Shown here: positions 56,716 to 64,000 of the stretch, piece by piece
Numbering within the stretch: position 1 is the stretch's first letter
Layout of the letters: each line of letters begins with the position of its first letter
Virus record (IMG/VR): IMGVR_UViG_3300029156_000001
Coordinates: 64,001 to 128,000 of that record
Source of the DNA: a virus
Lineage: Duplodnaviria; Heunggongvirae; Uroviricota; Caudoviricetes
Direction: 5' to 3' (one strand)
Length of the DNA: 64,000 nt
Notes under the pieces: generated by a model
Told to the model about the DNA's origin: nothing
What the model saw: the letters and a program-made list of their open reading frames with translations, nothing else
The model's database searches: none
Translations under genes and position numbers: made by a program

Positions 56716-57077
56716 TGAATTTTGCAAGTAACTACACAGAAGCTTACCAGCTACTAAGGGCTGGTAGAGTAGATAGAGAACTATGGGACAGAGTGATGTA
56801 TGGTGATTACGAGGGCAACTACGATGCTCGTCGTAATGATATGAATGCACTCAGAGGAGTTCGAGTTCATGCTTTGGGTCGCGTCAAGGCGGCCATCTAT
56901 GCCCTCAAGATGGCCAAAGAAATGCGTCGTCAAAGATCCTTGATGACTGTGTTGTTTGATATCAAAGAGGAGCAATCTGCTCAAATTGTCAACCAACGCC
57001 CCATTAACCTTTTCCCGGTTACAGTGAATCGTACCACGGTTCAAATGCGTGATCCAGACAAAGGTCCTAATGCCTAA
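56715..57077 (+). CDS. Hypothetical protein
   Basis: 120 aa, TAATG coupling. Confidence 0.65.
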   Translation: MNFASNYTEAYQLLRAGRVDRELWDRVMYGDYEGNYDARRNDMNALRGVRVHALGRVKAAIYALKMAKEMRRQRSLMTVLFDIKEEQSAQIVNQRPINLFPVTVNRTTVQMRDPDKGPNA

Positions 57078-57909
57078 GGTTTCCTATCTCGTCTCGACCT
57101 ACGACTCGGGGTCGTATCTTGATGCTCATTTAGCCAACCTGATTGAACATCAGACCGACCCCGAATTCGAGATTGTCATTGTCAATCCTAATTCACCTAG
57201 TACGGATGCGTTCGTTGCTCAGAAATGGGAATCGATAGACGACAGGGTGCGGTACCTGTACTGGCCGCAGCGTGAACCTTATGGTGCGTCGTGGTTGCGA
57301 GCCTGGAAAAACGCAAAGGGTGAGTTCGTGATGAACTCTAACACCGACGACCTCCATGAGCCCCGCACAACTGAGTTAGTACATAAGCACATGACCCTTA
57401 TGACTGGACCTCTTCGTCGCGGCCCAGATGTAGGGTTCTGTTATGGTGGCATCACGGTCATTGATGAGCGGCAGCGTCTACAAGGAAAGGGCATTAAACC
57501 TCCATTTGATTTCAAGCTCATGTCACGCGAATGCCATGCTGGACCCCAGGTTGCGTGGAGAAATGACCGCGAATTCCTCAATGATTTGGACTGGCAACTG
57601 ATGGAGGAAAGGGCTAACCAGTATGAGTCTGCGTTTGACTACTGGCTTTGGCTATACTTCATGAGTAAAGACTATCATGGTCATGTGATTCCTGAGTTTC
57701 TTACGGTTTATACTCAAAGACCCGACTCTATCGAGAACCGCAACAAATGGGCTAATAATTGGGAAACATATGCTTCCATTTCGGAGTTCTTCGGGTATCA
57801 TTTCAGTGACCATTTGGCCCACGCTCAAGAATTCCACGATTTCCAGAACTTACCACCTAAAGACGAATGGGTAGCAACGATGCAAGCGGGTGACCAATGG
57901 GAAAAATAA
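57070..57909 (+). CDS. GT2 glycosyltransferase
   Basis: PKVSYLVSTYD, FEIVIVN, AKGEFVMNSNTDD, FDYWLWL. Confidence 0.85.
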   Translation: MPKVSYLVSTYDSGSYLDAHLANLIEHQTDPEFEIVIVNPNSPSTDAFVAQKWESIDDRVRYLYWPQREPYGASWLRAWKNAKGEFVMNSNTDDLHEPRTTELVHKHMTLMTGPLRRGPDVGFCYGGITVIDERQRLQGKGIKPPFDFKLMSRECHAGPQVAWRNDREFLNDLDWQLMEERANQYESAFDYWLWLYFMSKDYHGHVIPEFLTVYTQRPDSIENRNKWANNWETYASISEFFGYHFSDHLAHAQEFHDFQNLPPKDEWVATMQAGDQWEK

Positions 57910-58310
57910 GAGACCGATGGTATAAGATTGTAGCCCGTGACCTATGGTATAATTGGCTAGATGCTTTAGATGATCTCAAGGGGCTCCAGATGCTCCAGAG
58001 ACACATTAGCACACTGGAACAAACAGTGTTGAATCTTGAAAAAGAACGTGATAGTTTTGCTCAACAGGCGTCCACTAATGATGCTCAGCTTGCTATGCAA
58101 ATCATGCGTGAAAAAGCCGGCATTGACTTTTCTTTGCCGGGCAAGATTGCTATGCTTCGCGAACAACTACATCAAGAACTTGCGGTGAATGAATACTACG
58201 AAGATCTACTGCATATGTTTACCGATGGCGATTACACGAAGTTTAACGGTCTGTCCCTTGATGAACGCAAAGGATATTTTGCCGAAGTAGACAAAAAGGT
58301 AAATCCATGA
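57897..58310 (+). CDS. Coiled-coil hypothetical protein
   Basis: 137 aa with heptad-like segments. Confidence 0.65.
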   Translation: MGKIRDRWYKIVARDLWYNWLDALDDLKGLQMLQRHISTLEQTVLNLEKERDSFAQQASTNDAQLAMQIMREKAGIDFSLPGKIAMLREQLHQELAVNEYYEDLLHMFTDGDYTKFNGLSLDERKGYFAEVDKKVNP

Positions 58311-59395
58311 GAGTTCTACATTATCTACGTCACCTGGGCCTGGGCGGCACCGAAAAGACCTGTCAGTTGTTCTTCGAATATTCGTCAGAGGACATTCAGG
58401 TCGCTGTTGTATATGAAAAAACGGGTGACCATCCTCGCTTAGAGGAGTTCCAAAAGTCGGCCAAGGTTTGCGGCGGTAAGTTTTTCGAGATCGACTCATA
58501 TAGAGGCAACCCTCAGTCCACACCCAATTCGGTGGAGCTTCAAAAAGTAATTGATGAGTTCAAGCCAGATATCCTACACGTCTACCGTAGCGGTTATCGG
58601 GAGTTTCCTGTCGGCCAAGTCAATGTGCCTCACGTAGTAGAAACCAATGTGTTCGGACATGTTGACCACCAGAGTAAAATCGACCGCACGCTGTTCATGA
58701 GTAAGTGGCTGGGCGACAACACCTTCAAAGAACTAACGCAAAACTGGGAAAAGAGCAAGCGTTTCGACTACGTGAACAACCCCGTAGAGGCACCCTATAC
58801 CGATACACCCCTTGGTGGTATTTCAAGCGAAATCACTTGGCTTGGACGCTGTGGTCGTCCGGACAACGGCATCTATAATGCCGTCAGCGTAGAGGCCGCT
58901 CGCATGCTCCGCATGCAGGGCTATGATGTTGGCTTCTTGGTAGTGGCTCCACCTAGTAATATGGTGGATGATCTAGCTCGGTATGAAATTCCCTTCAAGC
59001 TCATTGAGCCAACGGTTGATCCGTTGATTCTAAGTCAATTCTACAATGCCGTTGATATCTATGCACACGCAAGAGCAGACGGCGAGACGTTTGGCGTCAA
59101 TATTGCAGAAGCGATGATGCACCATAAGCCTGTCGTTACACATATTGCGACACCTTCTGTTCCTGGTATGGGGGTCTTTCAGTCACAGACGGAACTTGTT
59201 GATGACAACGTGACGGGGTTCGTGGTTGCTAATGATCCAGGCGAGTACGCGGAAGCACTTAAGAAATTACTAGACGATAAGAATATGCGGCTCCAGATGG
59301 GGGTCAATGGGTATTTCAAGGCCCATAAAGAATATGGCATTGATGCTTGTCTTAACAAGCTAGAAGGAGTTTATCGCGATGTCGTCGGAATCTAA
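58307..59395 (+). CDS. GT4 glycosyltransferase
   Basis: GLGGTEK, LGRCGR, VDIYAHARADGETFGVNIAEAMMHHKPVV, VTGFVV. Confidence 0.9.
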   Translation: MRVLHYLRHLGLGGTEKTCQLFFEYSSEDIQVAVVYEKTGDHPRLEEFQKSAKVCGGKFFEIDSYRGNPQSTPNSVELQKVIDEFKPDILHVYRSGYREFPVGQVNVPHVVETNVFGHVDHQSKIDRTLFMSKWLGDNTFKELTQNWEKSKRFDYVNNPVEAPYTDTPLGGISSEITWLGRCGRPDNGIYNAVSVEAARMLRMQGYDVGFLVVAPPSNMVDDLARYEIPFKLIEPTVDPLILSQFYNAVDIYAHARADGETFGVNIAEAMMHHKPVVTHIATPSVPGMGVFQSQTELVDDNVTGFVVANDPGEYAEALKKLLDDKNMRLQMGVNGYFKAHKEYGIDACLNKLEGVYRDVVGI

Positions 59396-59648
59396 TGTTA
59401 ATTGGCTTATCTATTATCGCGATGAGGGCCCAAGTGGCCCTTGTGGCCAAGCTGTTTCTGTAACTCGGCCTTGGCGACGTTTGTATCGTTTTGAAGGAAC
59501 ACGTCGCGAGATGGCTGACAAAGTGGATGTTGCCATCGAAGAGACACGTCGTCACCGCAAGCGTCCATCGTTTGAGTTTTTTGTAGATGATCCCCAGGCG
59601 GCAGAAGAACATGGTTATCAACCTGTGATGGAGCTAAATAATGAGTAA
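59379..59648 (+). CDS. Hypothetical protein
   Basis: 89 aa between the two GT4 paralogs. Confidence 0.55.
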   Translation: MSSESNVNWLIYYRDEGPSGPCGQAVSVTRPWRRLYRFEGTRREMADKVDVAIEETRRHRKRPSFEFFVDDPQAAEEHGYQPVMELNNE

Positions 59649-60810
59649 GATCAAAGTTGTACACCATTCCAAAAGTGTAGGCTACAGCGGCACCGACCGC
59701 ACGGCCCAACTCTTCTGTAAATACCTAGCCACCAGTGATAGGTTTGACCCTTACATCGTCTATCGTTTCGATAAGACCATGAATACTCGCCTAGATATTG
59801 CGAAAGAATGGTTGGGCGAGGATCGTGTCATTGGTTACGAGTGGGACCCAAGAGACTCGGGTCGTGTCGCTCCGTTCATTCCTGAGGTGTCTAATCTTAG
59901 CGAAGTGCTTGCCACTATTGATCCAGACATTGTTCACTTGCATCGAAGCGGCTATGCTGAATGGCCTGGTTTTCGCTATATGGCTCCGCGTGCCAAGTGG
60001 GTAGAGACCAACATTTTTGGGTATGCTGATCGCACTCCCGAGCAGCAGATCGATTTGAACATCTATATTTCTGATTACATTCGACAGCGTGCTCTTGAAG
60101 ATGGCAACAATGATGGTCCTGTGTTGTACAACCCCATTGCACAACCACGTTATGATGTGTTGCCGGAAGTCAAGTCTGCTCTCAAGGTTACCTATTGTGC
60201 TGACCTTGGTATTCCTCGCTTGATCAATGGTAAGGTTCCTATCTTACTCGGCCGAGTAGGACGAGCAGATAACTTTGACCCCATTTCTCTGCGGGCATTT
60301 GCAGAAATTGAGAAGCTGCACCCGCACGCCTATTACCTTGTCGTTAATCCTTGTGATAGCTGGCGACGGGTAGCTACGGAATTGGGCATCAAGAACATCA
60401 TTTTCTTAGATCCTATTATTGATGACGTAGAGTTGTCTCGTTTCTATATGTCATTGGATATCTATGCTCATGCTCGACATGATGGCGAATGTTGCCCGTG
60501 CAATATTCAGGAAGCCATGATGCACAAACTTCCAGTGGTCTCGCATGAGAGTGCCATTTACAATGGTCAAGCTGAGATCGTTGGTCCTGCTGGTTTTGTC
60601 GTTCCGATGGGAGATCATATTGCATATCGCGATGTGCTCGATCAGTTGATTTTGAATACTGAGTTTGCTAACGAAGATGAGACCGGCCTCGTAGGCATTC
60701 GCGATTACTTTGCTCTTGAGGCTCGTCGTCGTGCTATGAAGTATTGGGAAGCCGAGTGCATGACCGCTCAGCTTGCTCGGTACTATGATTGGGTGCTTGC
60801 ACAATCATGA
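59641..60810 (+). CDS. GT4 glycosyltransferase (paralog of 58307-59395)
   Basis: GYSGTDRTAQLF, LGRVGR, LDIYAHARHDGECCPCNIQEAMMHKLPVV. Confidence 0.88.
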   Translation: MSKIKVVHHSKSVGYSGTDRTAQLFCKYLATSDRFDPYIVYRFDKTMNTRLDIAKEWLGEDRVIGYEWDPRDSGRVAPFIPEVSNLSEVLATIDPDIVHLHRSGYAEWPGFRYMAPRAKWVETNIFGYADRTPEQQIDLNIYISDYIRQRALEDGNNDGPVLYNPIAQPRYDVLPEVKSALKVTYCADLGIPRLINGKVPILLGRVGRADNFDPISLRAFAEIEKLHPHAYYLVVNPCDSWRRVATELGIKNIIFLDPIIDDVELSRFYMSLDIYAHARHDGECCPCNIQEAMMHKLPVVSHESAIYNGQAEIVGPAGFVVPMGDHIAYRDVLDQLILNTEFANEDETGLVGIRDYFALEARRRAMKYWEAECMTAQLARYYDWVLAQS

Positions 60811-60971
60811 TGATTGGTAGCGACAGATGGGGCGTTGAATGCTTTAGGTGGTGGTTCAAACTACATCTGGGGCGACTAGATATTCGTACTGGTTTTTGGG
60901 ACGGTAGACCCGTAGAGCGTCACGTAAACCATCAAGGCTTTAGTTTTATTGTACAGATTTTAGCACCATGA
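60807..60971 (+). CDS. Small hypothetical protein
   Basis: 54 aa, ATGA coupling at both ends. Confidence 0.5.
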   Translation: MMIGSDRWGVECFRWWFKLHLGRLDIRTGFWDGRPVERHVNHQGFSFIVQILAP

Positions 60972-61657
60972 CAAACCTCATTTCATTCTCCCTATGGGGC
61001 AAGGACCCCAAGTATTACATTGGTGCTCTACGGAATGCAGAACTTGCCCCAGAGATTTATCCTGGCTGGCGATGCATTTTTCAGCTAGATGCTCTTGTGC
61101 CTCAGTTTGTATGGGATCAACTGAGTGAGTTTGAGCACGTCGATGTGGTGCGTCGTATTGATCCTCAGACGAACGGCTTGGCTAAAGGCGATTGGCGTGG
61201 TATGTTCTGGAGGTTTGAGTATGCTAACGCCCCAGGCGTAGAGTGTATGATCAGTCGTGACTGTGACTCTAGACTGACACGTCGCGAGGCTGATGCAGTT
61301 AATCAGTGGCTAGAAAGCGGTAAGGGTTTTCATATCATGCGTGATCATCCATGGCACGGTTCTCTTATGTTGGGGGGCATGTGGGGCTGCCGACGTGATG
61401 CCCTGCCAGAGTTTGATAAACTTATGGCCGATTGGAACCAAGAAGATCGTTGGCAAACAGATCAAGACTTCTTAAATATGGAAATCTATCCTCGCGTCGT
61501 TCATGACGCGACGATTCATGCTAGCTATTTCAACATGGAGCCACACGCTCAGCCCTTCCCTGTGCCCCGTAGGGGCACAGAGTTCGTTGGACAGATTTTT
61601 GATGAACACGACAACACGGTCGAAGAACACACAAAGGCACTTGCAGAGACACTATGA
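60968..61657 (+). CDS. Putative GT-A-fold sugar transferase
   Basis: ISFSLWG, GMFWRF, ISRDCDSR (DxD), IMRDHPWH, GGMWG, DQDFL; sits inside the GT cluster. Confidence 0.5.
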   Translation: MTNLISFSLWGKDPKYYIGALRNAELAPEIYPGWRCIFQLDALVPQFVWDQLSEFEHVDVVRRIDPQTNGLAKGDWRGMFWRFEYANAPGVECMISRDCDSRLTRREADAVNQWLESGKGFHIMRDHPWHGSLMLGGMWGCRRDALPEFDKLMADWNQEDRWQTDQDFLNMEIYPRVVHDATIHASYFNMEPHAQPFPVPRRGTEFVGQIFDEHDNTVEEHTKALAETL

Positions 61658-61872
61658 AGCCCACTGAAAAACAACTGGAAATTTGGATTAAGCAGGCGAA
61701 AATTGCCTACAAGACGCCTGCATATGACGGTTCTTTTGAGAGATATTGGAGCCTTACCGGCGTCTTGAGGATTGATGCACCAACACCCTATCCTACATTT
61801 TGGAACGATCAAAAAGCGGTCAAGCAAGCAGCGTGGGACGAAGAAGCAATCGCTGATGGAGAAGGTCGATGA
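61654..61872 (+). CDS. Hypothetical protein
   Basis: 72 aa, coupled. Confidence 0.6.
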   Translation: MKPTEKQLEIWIKQAKIAYKTPAYDGSFERYWSLTGVLRIDAPTPYPTFWNDQKAVKQAAWDEEAIADGEGR

Positions 61873-62096
61873 ACAAACGTAGACATGACATGAGTGAGAT
61901 TCATCACCCCGACAAGGTAACTGCTCATGAGTTTACTCATGAGATTGAAACCTCTTTGAAGGGCTTTGTAAACAATATGAAAAGCTTAAGTATTGATGGC
62001 GAAGAGATGTACATAGAAGAGTGGTTTGAGATTTTTGCTCGTTGGACTGAGATTATGTCCGAAGGTTTTGACCCTTTTCTTCCGGAGAAATCATGA
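61869..62096 (+). CDS. Hypothetical protein
   Basis: 75 aa, coupled. Confidence 0.6.
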   Translation: MNKRRHDMSEIHHPDKVTAHEFTHEIETSLKGFVNNMKSLSIDGEEMYIEEWFEIFARWTEIMSEGFDPFLPEKS

Positions 62097-63238
62097 AAGC
62101 ATTATCATTCGATGACATTTCTCTTGTGCCACGATACAACAATATCACGTCCCGTAGGGACGTGGATACTGGCGTACGATTTGGCGACCTTGACTTGAAG
62201 ATCCCTATTTTTAGTTCGAATATGGATACTGTCACCGGTACAGATATGGCCCGCACAATGTATCAGCTTGGTGGGTTAGGATTTTTGCATCGCTTTTGTA
62301 CTGTTCGTCAGAATGTTAAATTGTATCAACAAGCTACGCAAACGGTCCACGAAAAGATTTTGAGTGAATATCCTGATAAGTTTCAAACCTTTTCTAATTG
62401 CCTTCATGACCATGAGGCCGTTGTTTCTCTTGGTGTCAATGAGGGACTTGAGCGTTTTGCTGCCCTCTACGAAGTTGGTGCTCGCTACTTCTGCATCGAT
62501 ATTGCTCACGGACATTCACGGGCTGTTGGTGAGTTGATTACACAGATCAAAGAATTCAGCGACGACACGTTTATCGTCGCTGGGAACGTATGTCATGCTG
62601 CTGGTGCCGAATATCTTGCAGACAGAGGTGCCGATGCTGTCAAGGTAGGGATTGGTCCTGGTAGTGTTTGTAGTACCAGAGTGAAGACCGGCTTTGGTGT
62701 CCCTCAGTTTACAGCCATTCGCGACTGCCGTCGCGTAAATTGTTTCATTATTGCTGATGGCGGCATTCGTGAACCCGGTGACGCCGTTAAGGCTATCGTT
62801 GCTGGAGCCGATGCCGTTATGATGGGCGGAATGCTCGCGGGAACCGATGAAACACCAGGGGAATTGATCACTGAGACAACGATGGTGCCCGCAGATCAAT
62901 ATATTGGCGACCGATGCCCTCAAGTAATTGATGGTCGTCCGTATCTTTCTTCGGAACGTCATTTTAAGGCGTTCCGAGGTATGGCTTCCAAGGAAGCTCA
63001 AGATGAATACATGGGATCCATGCAAGACTGGAAAACGTCAGAGGGTGTCGAAATTCGTGTCCCCGCTAAAGGCCCTGTTGCGAACGTAGTGAGCGACCTT
63101 ATGGGCGGTATTCGTAGCGGTATGACATATTGTGGAGCGAATACTCTCAGTCAGCTTTCCGTGCGTGCTGATTGGGTTGAAGTAACTGCTGCTGGTCGCC
63201 AAGAAGGTAGGCCACACGGAAAAGAAAGACTATCATGA
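62093..63238 (+). CDS. guaC: IMPDH/GMP reductase family enzyme, probably GMP reductase
   Basis: [46 protein letters not shown]...SEGV; no CBS domains; flap lacks the IMPDH Arg-Tyr dyad. Confidence 0.7.
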   Translation: MKALSFDDISLVPRYNNITSRRDVDTGVRFGDLDLKIPIFSSNMDTVTGTDMARTMYQLGGLGFLHRFCTVRQNVKLYQQATQTVHEKILSEYPDKFQTFSNCLHDHEAVVSLGVNEGLERFAALYEVGARYFCIDIAHGHSRAVGELITQIKEFSDDTFIVAGNVCHAAGAEYLADRGADAVKVGIGPGSVCSTRVKTGFGVPQFTAIRDCRRVNCFIIADGGIREPGDAVKAIVAGADAVMMGGMLAGTDETPGELITETTMVPADQYIGDRCPQVIDGRPYLSSERHFKAFRGMASKEAQDEYMGSMQDWKTSEGVEIRVPAKGPVANVVSDLMGGIRSGMTYCGANTLSQLSVRADWVEVTAAGRQEGRPHGKERLS

Positions 63239-63732
63239 AGAGAATGTTGTTTAGTTTGATTGTGGGTGCCATTTTGTTGACCGCCCTCGGTGCTCAGAGC
63301 ATGACTGCTACACCGTTACCACAGGCCACGCCGGTTCCTATTGTGAATCTAAACTGTTGCAACAGGATTGCTCCTGCTGATATGGTTGTACTTGATTCTC
63401 TAGAGTTGTTTGGCTCTCATTTTGCGACCGTCACCACGACCGGAGAAGTTGTGTATACCGTTCCTGCAAACAAGTGGTTCGTTTTGACTGCCGTTAGTAA
63501 AAATACGCCAGATCAGTTGTCTGGTTCTACCAGATTTGAAATCAAGCGTAATGTTGGTGGCACTATTGATACTGTCATTAATCATGTTTCTTTTCAAACC
63601 GGAAACTCTTGGGGCGGCGGTGGCCCCGTAGGTATTTCGTTCCCACCGAACAGCGAAGTGATCATCGATCCTACCGCTGGTGGTAGCAACAACGTTAACT
63701 TCACAATGATTGGTTATCTCACTACTCCGTGA
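63235..63732 (+). CDS. Secreted/membrane-anchored hypothetical protein
   Basis: Sec-type signal [22 protein letters not shown], then a beta-rich domain (YTVPANKWFVLT). Confidence 0.7.
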   Translation: MKRMLFSLIVGAILLTALGAQSMTATPLPQATPVPIVNLNCCNRIAPADMVVLDSLELFGSHFATVTTTGEVVYTVPANKWFVLTAVSKNTPDQLSGSTRFEIKRNVGGTIDTVINHVSFQTGNSWGGGGPVGISFPPNSEVIIDPTAGGSNNVNFTMIGYLTTP

Positions 63733-64000
63733 TGAAGATTCTGGTTTCATATCGTGGTATCCCTCAGTCGCCCGGGTGGGCGACGGGGGATATGGTCGTC
63801 AAGGCTTTTCGTGCCCTAGGGCATGAGGCTTATCCGTACGCTAAATACTACCAAGAGAACCGCTGGGTCGAGGGACGACCCGCTTTGGATAGCCAAGATT
63901 GGGACCTCATTCTATTTATGGAATGCAACGATGGAGACCAGCAATATCCAGAACTCAGGATTACGAGAGCTAGAAAAACAGCATGTTGGTTGTTCGATAC
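63732..64000 (+). CDS. Partial probable GT-B glycosyltransferase (CgeB-like N-terminus)
   Basis: MKILVSYRG...VVKAFRALGHEAYPY...WDLILFME...TACWLFD, running off the window end. Confidence 0.55.
   Translation, partial: MKILVSYRGIPQSPGWATGDMVVKAFRALGHEAYPYAKYYQENRWVEGRPALDSQDWDLILFMECNDGDQQYPELRITRARKTACWLFD

Noticed and set aside
51727-60810. Calling the GTs T4-type DNA glucosyltransferases
   Set aside because: No dCMP hydroxymethylase or other base-modifying gene is in the window and no specific similarity was recognised; kept only as an alternative
61241-61250. GAGTGTATGA and similar partial matches to the promoter motif in coding regions (also about 29990)
   Set aside because: Two or more mismatches and mid-gene positions; compatible with chance
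1-64000. Stop-codon reassignment
   Set aside because: Long conserved genes are uninterrupted under code 11, and TAG, TAA and TGA all end genes at expected positions
1-64000. CRISPR array, rRNA, integrase, transposase, tail sheath, holin/endolysin
   Set aside because: No regularly spaced nucleotide repeats or diagnostic motifs were recognised; absence is judged by eye only

Overview
The whole 64 kb window is one large tailed dsDNA phage genome segment (Caudoviricetes), densely coded with every credible gene on the + strand. About 0.2-39.8 kb is a morphogenesis module: terminase large subunit, portal, prohead protease/scaffold, two paralogous decoration-like proteins, major capsid, neck proteins, tail tube, 1735-aa tape measure protein, distal tail proteins and a 1620-aa LamG/Gly-repeat/PKD adhesin. 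No tail sheath or lysis gene was recognised, so a long non-contractile tail is likely. About 40-51.7 kb is a host-like replication/transcription module (RecA, DnaB, DnaG, PD-(D/E)XK nuclease, ClpP, DnaE-type Pol III alpha, SSB-like, sigma factor). About 51.7-64 kb holds 6 clear and 2 probable glycosyltransferases interleaved with an HNH endonuclease, a GMP-reductase-like enzyme and a secreted protein. Highlights: (i) a repeated TAGTGTATTA motif (6 exact copies) found only in the structural module, a candidate late promoter for the phage sigma factor; (ii) a roughly 6-fold excess of Ser-Gly dipeptides in neck/tail proteins, including a 14-aa repeat that displays SG at a fixed position, which together with the GT cluster suggests a virion O-glycosylation system (hypothesis); (iii) a perfect 30-bp palindrome nested in an outer stem and abutting the promoter motif just upstream of an HNH gene. 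Family calls come from motifs recognised by eye and reference motifs recalled from memory; no database search was run and all counts are hand counts.
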